Positions 18,837 through 27,795 of a stretch of DNA of 64,000 bases are shown piece after piece; within the stretch, counting starts at the first letter, position 1; every line of letters begins with the position of its first letter. The stretch lies in assembly GCA_963770935.1 (NCBI GenBank), contig CAVYRJ010000004.1:32001-96000 (forward strand), given 5' to 3'. The notes below the pieces were generated by a model. That model saw only the letters and a program-made list of their open reading frames with translations, was not told the DNA's origin and ran no database searches. This DNA comes from Candidatus Bathyarchaeota archaeon. Lineage in GTDB: Archaea; Thermoproteota; Bathyarchaeia; Bathyarchaeales; Bathycorpusculaceae. Made by a program: the position numbers and the translations under genes.

Positions 18837-19469
18837 TTATTGCCTTTTTTTAGCTTGCTTTAGAATGGTCTTTAAGCTTTCTTGGTCGATTGCACCCATC
18901 TCAAAGAGTGTATTCGCTATTTCACTTATTTTCAGTAATGAATGAATTTTTATTCCATTCTTCTCTAGTAGTTGTCCTCCGCCTTCTTCTCGGTCAAGGA
19001 AAACCACAGCTTCAGTAACTATGCCACCTTCGGCTCTTACGGCATCAGCAGCTTTTTTTAGCGTTAAACCTGTTGTGAGTAAATCATCGATCAGCAAAAC
19101 CTTGTCTCCAGAAACCAGTATTCCTTCTACTCTGCGTTCTCTCCCATGCAAGTGGATGCCTTTCCGCACATAAAGGAAGGGTTTTTTGAGGTTGTAAGCG
19201 ATTTGGGAGGCGAAGGGGATTCCTGCTAAAGGTATGGCTGCGATTCGGTCGAAGTTTTTGTTTCCAATTTGGTTGGTTATATATTGGGCATAGGATTCGC
19301 AGATTTCTCGGAAGGCATCGGGGAAGCTTGGGATTACTCTTAGGTCGATGTAATACGGGCTTGATTTTCCGCTGGTGAGTTTGTAGACTCCGAATTTTAT
19401 GGCGTCGAGTTTGAAGAGTATGTTTGCCATTCTCTCTTTCGGGGTTAGGCTTGTGGTTGGGGATTTCAT
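18837..19469 (-). CDS. pyrE: Orotate phosphoribosyltransferase
   Basis: KLTSGKSSPYYIDLR, VRK, LLIDDLLTTG.T PRPP motif. Confidence 0.93.
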   Translation of the reverse strand: MKSPTTSLTPKERMANILFKLDAIKFGVYKLTSGKSSPYYIDLRVIPSFPDAFREICESYAQYITNQIGNKNFDRIAAIPLAGIPFASQIAYNLKKPFLYVRKGIHLHGRERRVEGILVSGDKVLLIDDLLTTGLTLKKAADAVRAEGGIVTEAVVFLDREEGGGQLLEKNGIKIHSLLKISEIANTLFEMGAIDQESLKTILKQAKKRQ

Positions 19470-19475
19470 ATTTTT

Positions 19476-20180
19476 TCACTTCCTCTTTGAAACTTGGTAA
19501 ATTTTGTTCTGTTCAGGAATCAAGCATGCAGTTCTCGGCAACTCCTTTTTTAATAATTCTGCAAACTCCTTTTGGCTTGCCGATGTTGCGGTGTGGTATG
19601 GGACTGCAACTTGTGGCTTAGTTAACCACGCAATTTCAAAACCTGTTTGTGGTGTAGCGCCTGGAGCAATGCCAACTGTGCAGAAAACCACGTCGAACTT
19701 TTCTTTTTGGCCGAGCTTTGCAAGTTCAGGGAAGGGTAAACTGTCAGAGGTGTGATAGACTTTGACTTGGTCTTCGCTGGTTATTATATATGTTACGGGT
19801 GCTTGCGCGGGGTGGTTGCTTTTTTCTGCTTTCACCGAGACTTCGCCTATTTTGATTTCTGCGCCCGGTTTGATTTCAGTGAGTTTCTCGTTGGGTATGG
19901 CGTGTTGGAGTTTTTTTGTTGAAGCTGAATCAGCAATTATGGTGCAGTTGGTTTCTTTTTGGATTTCTATAATTAATCGTGGGTCAAGGTGGTCGTAGTG
20001 TTCATGGGTTAATAGGATGGCATCTACGTTTTGGAGGGTTTTAGGTTTGACGTCAACAGGGTCTATGGCAAGCGTTTTAGTTGGTGTTTTGAGAAGAATT
20101 CCAGCATAGTTGTTGAGCCATACAAAGAGGATGCTGTTTCTCTCTGGCGTTTTTTGAATGGACATAACTTGATTCCTCAC
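19476..20180 (-). CDS. Metallo-beta-lactamase-fold hydrolase (UlaG/RomA-like)
   Basis: IDP, THEHYDHLD, YHTSDS, AVPYH. Confidence 0.85.
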   Translation of the reverse strand: MRNQVMSIQKTPERNSILFVWLNNYAGILLKTPTKTLAIDPVDVKPKTLQNVDAILLTHEHYDHLDPRLIIEIQKETNCTIIADSASTKKLQHAIPNEKLTEIKPGAEIKIGEVSVKAEKSNHPAQAPVTYIITSEDQVKVYHTSDSLPFPELAKLGQKEKFDVVFCTVGIAPGATPQTGFEIAWLTKPQVAVPYHTATSASQKEFAELLKKELPRTACLIPEQNKIYQVSKRK

Positions 20181-20337
20181 AAACTAGTATGCAAGGAGCG
20201 TTTTAAAGAAGTTATGGCTCCTCTTGTATGAACATTCAATTTTAGGTTTACTGAAAAATCATTTGTAAAACTATCGTCGGGGAGAAATTAAAAATTTTAT
20301 TTCTACAAAGAAATTAAGGTGTTTGCTTGTTTAGGGT

Positions 20338-20961
20338 CTAATTTCCTATGGGATTTTCGAGTACGGTTATTGTCCCGTTTTTTCCCAACCGAAGCTGCTT
20401 TTCGCCTTTAAACATTGCTACATGTGCATTCTTTATTTCTATGCAATCCCCTGTATGGACACTATTTATCTGTTGGTCCCAGAGGCAAAGCAGGATTTTT
20501 CCTGTTTCATCCCCAATCGAGGCATTCGAAACAACCGCGTTGTCCCTAAATTGGGTGTGAACTTTAGATGGTTCAGCAGTCTGCAAAACTTCTGCTGTAA
20601 CGTTAATTTTTTTCATGCCAACACGTAAATTCTCAATCTTTAAGTGTGAAGGGGCTGGGTTTTGTCTGGCTATTTCTTTGCGGACTTTGCTGGAATCCAT
20701 TGAGTTATCGAATGAAACATCGGTTCTTGCGAGTGTTTCATCTGGTACTCTGAACTGAGCTATTACTTTGCTGTCTTTTGTTATCAGGAAGATTGCTTGG
20801 TTAGTTACGTTCCCGCGGTATTCAACCATTAAATCGGAAACAACGACTTTGCCCTGTTCTTTTGAATCTATTAAGGCTTGGAAGAGCTCTGTTGGGTAAA
20901 TTTCATGCTGTGTTGCAATGAAGGCAAGCTGGTCTTCTAAGGTGGGCTTTTTTGGTTTCAT
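20338..20961 (-). CDS. OB-fold single-stranded DNA-binding (SSB/RPA-like) protein with extra N-terminal domain
   Basis: C-terminal half: KIENLRVGMKKINV.AEV, ASIGDETGKI.LCLWD, IEIKNAHV..FKGEKQLRLG. Confidence 0.8.
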   Translation of the reverse strand: MKPKKPTLEDQLAFIATQHEIYPTELFQALIDSKEQGKVVVSDLMVEYRGNVTNQAIFLITKDSKVIAQFRVPDETLARTDVSFDNSMDSSKVRKEIARQNPAPSHLKIENLRVGMKKINVTAEVLQTAEPSKVHTQFRDNAVVSNASIGDETGKILLCLWDQQINSVHTGDCIEIKNAHVAMFKGEKQLRLGKNGTITVLENPIGN

Positions 20962-21225
20962 ACTTTATATTCTCCTTTTGATTTAGCGAAAAATCTTGAA
21001 AATAGCAAACTAGTTAGCCCCTAAAATTTACTTTTTCCAGATTAAATTCCGCAATTAATTACTAAAGACCCTTGGCTATATAGGTGTAACTGCTAAAAAG
21101 CTCTTTTTTCAATGAGGAAACTGCACAGTTGTTCATACTCCCCATATTTCATAGTTGGATTTTCCAAAAAGCAAAAAGCCTTGCTCCACAATACATCTAG
21201 ATAGAGCTTATTTTGGAGCAAAATT

Positions 21226-22101
21226 ATGACCGAAAACCTCAAAGATTTAACCAAAGTGGCCTTAAAAAACCTTGACAAAATCTTTTACCCAAAAAACAAA
21301 GTAACCAAGGGACAAGTTATCGAATACTACATAAGGATAGCTCCTAAACTGCTTCCCGTCATAGCTGACCGCCCCTTAGTTTTAACCAGATACCCTGACG
21401 GAATTGAGGGGGAAACTCAGAGTTTTTTTGAGAAAAACGCTCCCGGAGGTACACCCAACTGGGTTAAGATAAAAACTATCTATTCTTCCGCATCAAAACG
21501 AGACGTTAACTACATCGTCGCTAACGACTTAGACACGCTCATTTGGCTGGCGAATTTGGCGGCGCTGGAAATCCACATGCCCTTCTCCAAGATCAATGCA
21601 CTGGACAAACCTGACTTTCTTTTCTTCGACGTGGATCCTGAACCTCCAGCAACGCTCAGCGACGCCGCCGAGGTAGCTCTTCTTCTTAAAGATAAACTAG
21701 TGGAATTAAGGCTCACACCATACATTAAAACTTCAGGAAAAAAAGGCTTACACGTAGTAATCCCGATAGTGCCGGAACACAGTTTTGAGAAAACGAGGGC
21801 GTTTGTACATGAAGTAGGCATTGAACTGGCAAAAGAAAACGACATTGTTGTTTCCGAATTTAAAGACACCAAAAAACCTGGCAAAGTTTTCGCTGATTAC
21901 CTGCAGAATTCCCCTATGCGAACCATGGTTGTTCCCTACAGTTTGCGCCCAACGCCTGATGCCACCGTCTCGGCGCCTCTGGAGTGGAGTGAGGTTAAGA
22001 AAGGCATAAACCCAACTGATTACAATATTTTTAGTGTGGTAAAACGGAGTAGTAATCCGTGGAAAGATATTTTTGAGAAGAGATGTAAGCTGGAGATTTA
22101 A
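21226..22101 (+). CDS. ligD: NHEJ LigD polymerase (primase-polymerase) domain, stand-alone
   Basis: NLDKIFYP, RPL.L.RYPDG, FFEKN.P, FFDVDP, KTSGKKGLHV, DYLQN, PYSLRP...A.VSAPL.W.E. Confidence 0.93.
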   Translation: MTENLKDLTKVALKNLDKIFYPKNKVTKGQVIEYYIRIAPKLLPVIADRPLVLTRYPDGIEGETQSFFEKNAPGGTPNWVKIKTIYSSASKRDVNYIVANDLDTLIWLANLAALEIHMPFSKINALDKPDFLFFDVDPEPPATLSDAAEVALLLKDKLVELRLTPYIKTSGKKGLHVVIPIVPEHSFEKTRAFVHEVGIELAKENDIVVSEFKDTKKPGKVFADYLQNSPMRTMVVPYSLRPTPDATVSAPLEWSEVKKGINPTDYNIFSVVKRSSNPWKDIFEKRCKLEI

Positions 22102-22104
22102 ATT

Positions 22105-22929
22105 ATGGAACAAGAAAACATAGAAGAAACCCAAACCGAAAAAACCAGTGCATCTGCCCCAAGCAGATCTATTTGGTCAGGAAATATCACCATTGGCTTG
22201 GTGAATGTTCCTGTAAAGTTGTTCTCGATGATTTATGATAAGGGTATCGCCTTTCATTTCTTGCATAAGGTTGATGGTCAACCCCTAAAGTACGTTAAGA
22301 TGTGTACTAAAGACGATAAAATCGTGCCTTGGAACGAAGTTGTCCGCGGCTACGAAGTTGCAAAAAACGAATACATAACTTTTGACCAAAAAGAGCTTAA
22401 CGCTGCAAAACCCGAATCTGATAGGCGAATTCGAATAAGCAAATTTGTTGATTACTTCTCTGTAGACCCAGTATACTTTGATAGAACCTACGCGTTATTA
22501 CCTGACAAAAGCAAAGACGCTTACAGCTTACTTTTTAAAGCATTAGAAAAAACCAACAAAGCGGGCGCTGCGCGCATAACACTAAGAACCAAAGAATACC
22601 CAGCGCTACTGCATACATACAAAGGTGCATTAGTCCTTACAACACTCCGATATGCCTATGACGTTGTAAACCCCCAAGACTTTGAACCTCTACATAAACT
22701 TGAGACACCTCAGAAAACCGAATTAGACCTAGCCGTAAAAATCGTCACCGATCTCTCAGGCGAATTCGATATCACAGAATTTGAAGACACTTATATGAAA
22801 CGGCTCCAAGAAATAGTTAAACAAAAGGTAAAAGGCGAAAAAATTCACATCGAGAAAGCCCCAGAAATCGAAGCAAAAGGTCTTATGGTTGCCCTACGGG
22901 AAACCCTCAAACAGTTGGAGCAGAAATGA
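22105..22929 (+). CDS. ku: Ku protein (prokaryotic NHEJ)
   Basis: RSIWSG.I..GLVNVPVKL, V.GYE, DPVYFDR.Y.L.P, AY.LL..AL, EF.D.Y...L, LM.AL..TL. Confidence 0.95.
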   Translation: MEQENIEETQTEKTSASAPSRSIWSGNITIGLVNVPVKLFSMIYDKGIAFHFLHKVDGQPLKYVKMCTKDDKIVPWNEVVRGYEVAKNEYITFDQKELNAAKPESDRRIRISKFVDYFSVDPVYFDRTYALLPDKSKDAYSLLFKALEKTNKAGAARITLRTKEYPALLHTYKGALVLTTLRYAYDVVNPQDFEPLHKLETPQKTELDLAVKIVTDLSGEFDITEFEDTYMKRLQEIVKQKVKGEKIHIEKAPEIEAKGLMVALRETLKQLEQK

Positions 22930-24350
22930 GCCGCCACATCTACCGACCAATGCTTGCAAAGGTTGCCGAGGAAGCTTTTTCGGATAAGGACTGGATTTTT
23001 GAAATAAAATGGGACGGGTTTCGAGCAATAGCCTACATTGAGGAAACTTTGAGCCTAAAGAGTCGAAACGAGAAAGAGCTAAAACAAAATTTTCCCGAAC
23101 TACAGGAACTAAGTAAACTTGCCAGCAACATTGTGGTTGACGGCGAAATCATTGTAATGCGGGAAGGCAAACCCGATTTCCAATCACTGCTCGAACGAGG
23201 GCAAGCAGTCTCGACAGGAGAAATCCAAAGACAAGAAAATCGGGCACCAGCCGTCTACATAGTCTTTGATATAATAGAAAAAGACGGAAAACCACTCACA
23301 AAATTGCCTTTGATTGAACGAAAAACGATCCTTAAAGATACGTTAAAAGAGGGATCGAATGTGCTTTTGTGCGATTTTATTGAGGAGAAAGGTGAAACCT
23401 ATTTCCAGCTAGCTTTGGAGAAGGGTTTGGAGGGGGTTGTTGCTAAAAGGAAGGATAGTGAGTATGAGGAAGGTTTGCGGACTGGGAGTTGGCTGAAAAT
23501 AAAGAAACTTAAAACATGTGACTGCGTAATCTTTGGTTATACACGTGGGACAGCCGTTAGGGCTAAAACTTTTGGCGCGCTGCTGCTTGGAGTTTACGAT
23601 AAAATGGGTAATCCTATTTACGTTGGCAAGGTTGGCACAGGCTTCACGCAACAAACGATTGGAGTTTTAACTGATAAATTTGAAAAAATAAAAACAGACA
23701 TCGCTCCCTTTAAGGCCGAAGCGGGTGATGTTGTAACTTGGCTTGAACCCAAACTCGTCTGTGAGGTTGCCTATCAAGTCTTGACAAGGGACATGAGGCT
23801 TCGCATGGCACGGTTTAAACGTTTAAGAGACGACAAAACACCCTCAGACTGTACTATCGACCAAATCATCGAAACCAAAACAACAGAAGCAAACGGCAAA
23901 GACAAGCTTTCTGAATATGCTTCAAAAAGACACTTCGAAAAAACCCCAGAGCCAAAAGCGACAGTAGAAAAAAAGGCAGGTAAGCTAATTTTTGTTATTC
24001 AAGAGCACCATGCTCGAAGACTTCATTATGATTTACGACTGGAAAAAGACGGTGTCCTGAAGAGTTGGGCTGTTCCAAAAGGAATTCCTGAGGCTGGACA
24101 GAAGGTTTTGGCAGTGGAAACCGAAGACCATCCATATGAATATGGTAGTTTTGAGGGAGAAATTCCCAAAGGTCAGTATGGCGCTGGCACCGTTAAAATC
24201 TGGGATAAAGGACACTATGAGACTAAATTTTGGGGAGGCGACAAAATCGAAGTCACCTTGGACGGTCAGCGTCTTAACGGGCGTTACGTTCTGGTGCGTC
24301 TTAAGAGGGCTGGTGATAGGGATTGGCTGCTCTTGAAGGGAAAAGAATAG
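22926..24350 (+). CDS. ligD: NHEJ ATP-dependent ligase fused to a C-terminal 3'-phosphoesterase
   Basis: PMLA, EIKWDGFRA, DGEI, EGVVAKR.DS.Y..G.R...WLKIK, VGKVGTGF; then FVIQEHHARRLHYDLRLE, SWAVPKG, AV.TEDH, GAGTV.IWD.G. Confidence 0.93.
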   Translation: MSRHIYRPMLAKVAEEAFSDKDWIFEIKWDGFRAIAYIEETLSLKSRNEKELKQNFPELQELSKLASNIVVDGEIIVMREGKPDFQSLLERGQAVSTGEIQRQENRAPAVYIVFDIIEKDGKPLTKLPLIERKTILKDTLKEGSNVLLCDFIEEKGETYFQLALEKGLEGVVAKRKDSEYEEGLRTGSWLKIKKLKTCDCVIFGYTRGTAVRAKTFGALLLGVYDKMGNPIYVGKVGTGFTQQTIGVLTDKFEKIKTDIAPFKAEAGDVVTWLEPKLVCEVAYQVLTRDMRLRMARFKRLRDDKTPSDCTIDQIIETKTTEANGKDKLSEYASKRHFEKTPEPKATVEKKAGKLIFVIQEHHARRLHYDLRLEKDGVLKSWAVPKGIPEAGQKVLAVETEDHPYEYGSFEGEIPKGQYGAGTVKIWDKGHYETKFWGGDKIEVTLDGQRLNGRYVLVRLKRAGDRDWLLLKGKE

Positions 24351-24351
24351 C

Positions 24352-25104
24352 ATGCAAAACCTGTATCTTGGTACGATTGGTTGGAGCTACAATTTTTGGA
24401 AGGGAAAATTCTATCCAAACAAAACCGCCTCAAAAGACTACCTATCCTATTATGCTACGCAGTTTAATTCGGTTGAAGTCGACAGCACGTTCTACCGATA
24501 TCCAACTCAGCAAACAGTAGAGAACTGGAAGCAGCAAACTACAGAAAGCTTCAGATTCTCACTCAAGTTTCCTCAGATAATAACGCATGTTAAAATGCTC
24601 AGGGACTGCCAGTACGAGACGGATGTTTTCCTCGATAGGGTTAGTCTGCTGGGCGAAAAGCTTGGCGTCTTGCTTTTGCAGTTTCCGCCAAACTTTGGAG
24701 TTGAACGTTTGCCTGATTTGGAGACTTTTCTGCAGAAACTTCCAAGCCAACACAGTTACGCTGTTGAAGTCAGAAATAAAAGCTGGCTCAACAAGACGTT
24801 CTTTTCCGTCCTGCAAAATAGCAAGGTTGCTCTGGCATGGGCAGATAGTTCCCTTATGGCTCCGATTAACGAGGTAACTTCGAATTTTCTTTATATTAGA
24901 TGGGAGGGAAATAGAAAAAAAGTCAATGGCACTTTGGGTATGATAGAAGCTGCAAGAGATGAAGACCTGAAATTGGAAGCAGAAAAAATCAAGCCTTTCC
25001 TCGGTAAAATGGACGTTTTCGGCTACTTCGGCAAATACTACTCAGGGTATCCGCCCTCGGACGTAGCCATCTTACGGACCAACATGAATGCGCCTCAACC
25101 GTAA
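24352..25104 (+). CDS. DUF72 family protein
   Basis: LGT.GWSY..W.G.FYP, FNSVEVDSTFY, F.FSLK.P..ITH, LLQFPP, AVEVR..SW. Confidence 0.9.
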   Translation: MQNLYLGTIGWSYNFWKGKFYPNKTASKDYLSYYATQFNSVEVDSTFYRYPTQQTVENWKQQTTESFRFSLKFPQIITHVKMLRDCQYETDVFLDRVSLLGEKLGVLLLQFPPNFGVERLPDLETFLQKLPSQHSYAVEVRNKSWLNKTFFSVLQNSKVALAWADSSLMAPINEVTSNFLYIRWEGNRKKVNGTLGMIEAARDEDLKLEAEKIKPFLGKMDVFGYFGKYYSGYPPSDVAILRTNMNAPQP

Positions 25105-25330
25105 CAGCTCCAAAAAAACAACTCAAACAAAAAACACAAACCAATTACATAACCACCAAACTAACTTGCGCATGAAAAACAATTCAACATTAACAACAAG
25201 AACTTTCTTAGGACGGTCCATTACATTCAATCTTCGCATCAAATCCCAAGCACCCCATAGCAGTATTTCAATGACACAAAGAGAATTCTAATAAACAGCT
25301 AAATAACCAGCCAACACGAAAGTATAAGCT

Positions 25331-25837
25331 GTGGAAGGGTATAAAATGGACACGTGCAAACTCTTTGAATTAGCCAAGCCTTATCTGGAAAAAAACGATT
25401 TTGGCATGGCTCATACCCAGCGGGTTTTTGAGATTGCTAAAAAGAACTTTCCGGTCAAGCCTGAACTTGAAGAGCTAACTTATACCGCGATTATTTTTCA
25501 TGACATTGGCGGCTGCACCATTAAAGACCAATATGAGAAAGGACCTCAAATTACATCGAATATCCTGAAAAAGTTAGGTTTGCCGGATCATTTCATCAAC
25601 GAGGTTTGCAGGATAATCAGCACACACCATGATCATCCACAAAACCCTTCCGAAGCTTTCAAGACACTCTATGACTCGGATAAGTTGGTGATGTTTTCCC
25701 AAGAAGAATATCCCTACTACAACGCGCGGGAAGGTTTTGACTGGGACAAAATCGTTTCACTCATCTACTCTGCTAGAGGACGAGATTTAGCCAAAAAAGC
25801 TTTGGCACAGAGAAGAAAAGAGAATGGGAAGCGGTAG
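25331..25837 (+). CDS. HD-domain phosphohydrolase
   Basis: AHTQRV, IFHDIG, ISTHH, YDSDKL. Confidence 0.85.
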   Translation: MEGYKMDTCKLFELAKPYLEKNDFGMAHTQRVFEIAKKNFPVKPELEELTYTAIIFHDIGGCTIKDQYEKGPQITSNILKKLGLPDHFINEVCRIISTHHDHPQNPSEAFKTLYDSDKLVMFSQEEYPYYNAREGFDWDKIVSLIYSARGRDLAKKALAQRRKENGKR

Positions 25838-25842
25838 AAACC

Positions 25843-26457
25843 ATGTTTTTTAAGCAAATTCAGCGGCATAGCGACAATTTCTCATATATAATAGCTGATG
25901 AAAGTAGCGGGGAAGCGGCGGTTGTTGACTCAAGCTACAATGCTGACGAACTGATTAAAATAATAAAGACTGAAAAGTTCCAACTAAAATATATCATAAA
26001 CACCCATGGCCACTCTGACCACACTGCCGGAAATATAGAATTAACTTCTATCTTTGGAGCAAAATTGGTTTCTCACAAGCTATCAAAGACTCCTCATAAC
26101 ATTTCAGTCGGTGAGGGCGACGAGCTTAGTGTAGGTAAAATCTCCATAAAAATCATTTACACACCAGGACACACTGCCGACAGCATATGTCTTCTTATAG
26201 ATAACCAGAAACTGTTGACGGGCGACACATTATTTGTTGGCGAATGCGGAAGAACGGATTTTCCTGGAGGTAACTCAAAAAGTATGTACGAGAGCCTTTT
26301 TAACAAACTTACGAACCTAAACGATGATGTTGAAGTTTATCCGGGGCATGATTATGGACTTAAGCCTTCATCAACTATTGGTGAAGAAAAAAAGTTAAAT
26401 TACACCTTGCAACCAAGAAGCCTCAAAGATTTCCTCGAATTCATGAGTCAACCCTAA
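25843..26457 (+). CDS. MBL-fold hydrolase (glyoxalase II/persulfide dioxygenase-like)
   Basis: THGHSDHT.G, TPGHT, TGDTLFVGECGRTDF, VYPGHDYG. Confidence 0.88.
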   Translation: MFFKQIQRHSDNFSYIIADESSGEAAVVDSSYNADELIKIIKTEKFQLKYIINTHGHSDHTAGNIELTSIFGAKLVSHKLSKTPHNISVGEGDELSVGKISIKIIYTPGHTADSICLLIDNQKLLTGDTLFVGECGRTDFPGGNSKSMYESLFNKLTNLNDDVEVYPGHDYGLKPSSTIGEEKKLNYTLQPRSLKDFLEFMSQP

Positions 26458-27364
26458 CCTCAACGCCGCGTTTTCTTCTTTTAGGAATCAAAGCAACCGC
26501 AACTAAGAAAACAAAGAACAATATGACTATAGTTAAAATTTCAGGATGAAGTAAAATCTCAATCATAAGTACCAAAAACTGAACCACTGGATTGTTAGAA
26601 AGCTTTTGAGGCGAAGCGTTTTCGGATGACACAGGCAAATCTTGATAAGAAACGTCGGCGGGCAAACTCACCGAGCTCACATTTAGCCAACTACTAACCG
26701 GATAAAAGCTGGTGGCATTTAGCTTCATCCAAGCAAAAACCGTGGCAACTCCGTAAACATCTAACGTGGAAACACTTTCACCGGAGCTTCCTAAATTATA
26801 AGTTGAATGCATTAAATCACCCGTGTAATTGCTATGACCCAATCCTAAGTTATGACCTAACTCGTGTAAGGCAACATTCTGCATGTCTACCTCGTTCAAC
26901 AGTTCTCCATGGTTAGTGCGCACTGCAAGAGTAGCCGTACAATTCTTAATGGTTCCCCTAAAAGTTGGGGTAACTTGTGATAAACCAGCCACATCAGTAT
27001 AATTGCTTAAGGCAGAATCAGTCCAATTCACATACATATCAAAACCCTTCTGTGACTCATTTGTGACTGTTGATTTCATCCGTAGGCTAGACAAATACGA
27101 AAAGTCAGAGTTGTTTGAAGCAAAACCCGCTATAGCCTCATTCCATTGTCCGATCGCACGAAGCGTAATGTTAAGGTAATTTGGATCCCACCAAGATTCA
27201 TTATCAGCTGTAACAATCAGAACATTCAGCGATGAATGGTCCCAAACAAAACCTTGAAGCTGCACGGTATAAATGTCGGAACTTTGACCTTGAACTCCGT
27301 TGCTAACTAGACAAGCCGCTAAAAACAAACTTGAAATCCACAAAAACAACAAAAATCTACTCAT
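26441..27364 (-). CDS. Matrixin-like (M10) zinc metalloprotease, membrane-anchored
   Basis: Signal peptide, HELGHNLGLGH, Met-turn DLMH, C-terminal TM followed by KRRKR. Confidence 0.88.
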   Translation of the reverse strand: MSRFLLFLWISSLFLAACLVSNGVQGQSSDIYTVQLQGFVWDHSSLNVLIVTADNESWWDPNYLNITLRAIGQWNEAIAGFASNNSDFSYLSSLRMKSTVTNESQKGFDMYVNWTDSALSNYTDVAGLSQVTPTFRGTIKNCTATLAVRTNHGELLNEVDMQNVALHELGHNLGLGHSNYTGDLMHSTYNLGSSGESVSTLDVYGVATVFAWMKLNATSFYPVSSWLNVSSVSLPADVSYQDLPVSSENASPQKLSNNPVVQFLVLMIEILLHPEILTIVILFFVFLVAVALIPKRRKRGVEVRVDS

Positions 27365-27795
27365 TTGCCGCTTCCTACAATAAAGAGGAATTTGCTCCCT
27401 TTAAGTTTTGTTGCAAGCGTCCTTTTTTGGATGGCAAAACTAGAAAAGCAACATTAAGAACTCAGCATAATTTTTAGAGGCAAGTATACTCACCTTAACT
27501 TTCATTTCAGAGCAAGATAATTGGTGTTTATTCAGATACTTTTTTATTAGTCCTGCTATAAACATTGGATCAAAAGATTATGTGAAACCTGAAAGAAAAA
27601 CAAAACTTAAAAGGTTTAAAAAAGTATATGTGAGTCTGTAATGAAAGATAGATCTATCTACCATAGCGAAGCTCGAATTGTAAGATTTAAGGCTGTTAAC
27701 TCTTTCACAAACATCAAAACGCAATCAGAGATATGTCCAGCAATCCGACCGTTTGCCCTATTATCCAGTAAACTATTAAATGAGGCTGGATACCT

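Noticed and set aside
25088-25291. A/C-rich 67-aa ORF
   Set aside because: Low-complexity intergenic sequence without coding signature.
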